The notes under the pieces are model-generated. The model ran no database searches, had not been told where the DNA came from, and was given only the letters and a program-made list of their open reading frames with translations. The position numbers and the translations under genes are program-made. This document shows positions 61,911 through 64,000 of a DNA stretch of 64,000 nt, piece after piece. The stretch spans positions 1 through 64,000 of the forward strand of contig CDPCPM010000681.1 in NCBI GenBank assembly GCA_976551045.1. The letters are read 5' to 3'. This stretch comes from Glaucostegus cemiculus (Eukaryota). Each line of letters opens with the position of its first letter. Position 1 is the stretch's first letter.

Positions 61911-63014
61911 ATCGTCCGCTGTCCCAACAAAGCCACCATGAAGCTGTTCACAGAACAATTCCCTATGCTAGTGCTTTAGCCTTGAGAAAACCTGCACCAC
62001 AAATGAAATTACAAGTGAAAGTGATTATATTTTCCACAGAAACGGGCCACACCCACAGAGACTGGTAGCCAACGTCTAGTCTGACATTTCAAGCAATGGG
62101 CCAGATGGACGACACCACCAATAAGAGATGTTTTAAAAATGAGACAGAAATCTAATGCAACCAAGACAAAAGACTGCTTGCAGCTCTCACTCTTCAAAAC
62201 CACAATGTGGTTTAGAACAGCCTCACAGCTCACGTGTGGCCTCAGATCCTTCGGGGTAGCTCTGCAGGCAACACTCTCACTGCCAGCTCCGAGCACAATG
62301 CTCAGGTACAACCTTCTGGGTCGGAGATTCACTGTCAGGGGCGTCACCTTTTGACCGTTAATAAATGCTGACAGTTTCAGTGGGCTGGAATAGATCTCAA
62401 CACCGTTTCCGAGTAAGAGCAGAGGAACTACCAAAGTTCTGCCCAACTTCTGCAACGGACTGGCTGCAGCACTTCCTAGCTTACAACGGTCACCACACAG
62501 CAACATGGTTTGCTCGGTGTCATGTGCTCTGGAATATCCTGAAGTGCCAGAGAAATTCAAATCCCTATCGGAAGCTCTGTGGACATGAACCCACACTTTG
62601 CCTTACAGATGAGCCGAGGACAACACCAACACTCACATTGGAATTTATTCCATGATACCCATTGTCTGATTTCAAAGAGCAGACAGAGAGATGATCCCCT
62701 GACACACAGGACAGTCTGTCACCCGCTGACCACCAAACCCCCATCGCTGCCCAGCTGGGTGGGTGCTGACCCGAGGGAGACACTAACTGATCCAACACAC
62801 TGCCCCCAGCCCGGGGAGCACTGGCCCCCGCTTGGGGTGGCAACAGTAGAGGGGGTGGGGGGCATGGGTCTGGGGGTCAACATAGTGCAGGGGACATTGC
62901 AGGAGTTTGAGAAGGGGGACCATGTCCCGGGAGGGGTGAAGGGAAGGGGAAGAGGCTGCCCCCGGGGGGGGGGAAGGGGGGGAGACACCCCTGGGGAGTG
63001 AGGTGGGAGGGAAT

Positions 63015-63675
63015 GGGGAGACCCTGCTCTGTGGGGGGGGGGGGGAGGTGAAGGTGGAGGTGGAGAGGGGAGACCCTGCCCCGGGGGGGGGAGGCTGAGA
63101 CCCTGCCCCGGGGGGGGGAGGCTGGTGGAGGGGGGAGACCCTGCCCCCGGGGGGGGGGGTTGGTGGAGGGGGGGGTTGGTGGAGGGGGGAGACCCTGCCC
63201 CGGGGGGGGGGAGGGGGGAGACCCTGCCCCGGGGGGGGGGTTGCTGGAGGGGGGGAGACCCTGCCCCCGGGGGGGGGCTGGTGGAGGGGGGAGACCCTGC
63301 CCCCGGGGGGGGGGTTGGTGGAGGGGGGGGTTGGTGGAGGGGGGAGACCCTGCCCCGGGGGGGGGAGGGGGGAGACCCTGCCCCGGGGGGGGAGGCTGGT
63401 GGAGGGGGGAGACCCTGCCCCGGGGGGGAGGGGGAGACCCTGCCCCGGGGGGGGGGGGTTGCTGGAGGGGGGAGACCCTGCCCCCGGGGGGGGCTGGTGG
63501 AGGGGGGAGACCCTGCCCCCGGGGGGGGGGTTGGTGGAGGGGGGGGGTTGGTGGAGGGGGGAGACCCTGCCCCGGGGGGGGGAGGGGGGAGACCCTGCCC
63601 CGGGGGGGGGGGTTGGTGGAGGGGGGAGACCCTGCCCCGGGGGGGGGGAGACCCTGCCCCCGGGGGGGGGGGGAA
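63015..63675. repeat. G-rich minisatellite (gagaccctgccccggggggg...ggtggagggggg) at the start of STX2 intron 1
   Basis: About 17 visible units with variable G runs; source of the 387-aa Pro-rich ORF. Confidence 0.93.
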
Positions 63676-63852
63676 CTGCCGGGCTCCGCGGTCGGAGCCG
63701 GGCCTCCGCCCTCCAGCTCCGGGTAACGGTCCCGCGCCGGGCGGCCGGGAGCGGAGGGGGAGGGTGGGGGGGGGGGGAGAGGGGGGTGGGAGGGGTGGGG
63801 GTGGGGGGAGAGGGTGTGGGGGGGGGGGGTCCGGGTCCCGCCGCTCACTCAC

Positions 63853-63882
63853 CGCCCGCAGGTCCCCGAGCCGGTCCTTCAT
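63853..63882 (-). CDS. STX2: Syntaxin-2 coding exon 1 ([11 protein letters not shown]-peptide)
   Basis: ATG at 63882; 30 nt, then donor GCG|gtgagt; resembles the syntaxin N-peptide (human STX2 MRDRLPDLTA); lies in a CpG island. Confidence 0.95.
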
Positions 63883-64000
63883 GACGGAACCGCAACCGCC
63901 GGCAACCGCACATGCGCACTGCCGCCGGCGGCTGCAGACCGGCCGGTCCCGCCCACTGCTCCGCCCCGCCCACTGCTCCCGGTCCCGCCCACTGCCCCAC
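63883..64000 (-). promoter_or_regulatory. STX2 CpG-island promoter/5' UTR with NRF1-like site and tandem GC boxes
   Basis: CGCACATGCGCA at 63907-63918 (1 mismatch to YGCGCAYGCGCR); repeated CCCGCCC at about 63948-63990; CpG-dense. Confidence 0.7.

Noticed and set aside
62719-63852. 387-aa extension of the [13 protein letters not shown]
   Set aside because: A consensus donor gtgagt follows codon 10; the remainder is intron 1 minisatellite.
22226-63882. Assignment to STX1A, STX1B or STX3
   Set aside because: [49 protein letters not shown] and AKEETKKA fit STX2 best; a phylogeny would confirm.

Overview
Vertebrate genomic DNA. The repeat content (tRNA/V-domain SINEs, Deu-domain SINEs, CR1, Rex1/Babar, L1, Tx1 and Penelope remnants) points to a cartilaginous fish, probably a batoid; this is an inference. 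The only protein-coding gene I can support is a complete 10-exon syntaxin-2 (STX2/epimorphin) on the minus strand: ATG at 63882, stop at 22226, 867 nt, 288 aa, all introns GT-AG with compatible phases, and a poly(A) signal at about 20432. A second CpG island at about 3.7-4.25 kb has a minus-strand splice donor and is probably the 5' non-coding exon of the next gene (RIMBP2 by human synteny; inference). The rest is retroelements, many G/C-skewed minisatellites and two assembly gaps. Nearly all long ORFs in the track are artefacts of tandem repeats or LINE remnants. The most unusual structure is at 11.5-13.6 kb: a Deu-domain SINE with an internal 34-bp segment amplified into a minisatellite, carrying a CpG-rich Tx1-type LINE 3' end and a solo LTR with a 4-bp TSD. 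I see no CRISPR, rRNA or real tRNA genes and no clearly new protein-coding system. Repeat families were recognised from memory, not by database search, and boundaries of old repeats are approximate.
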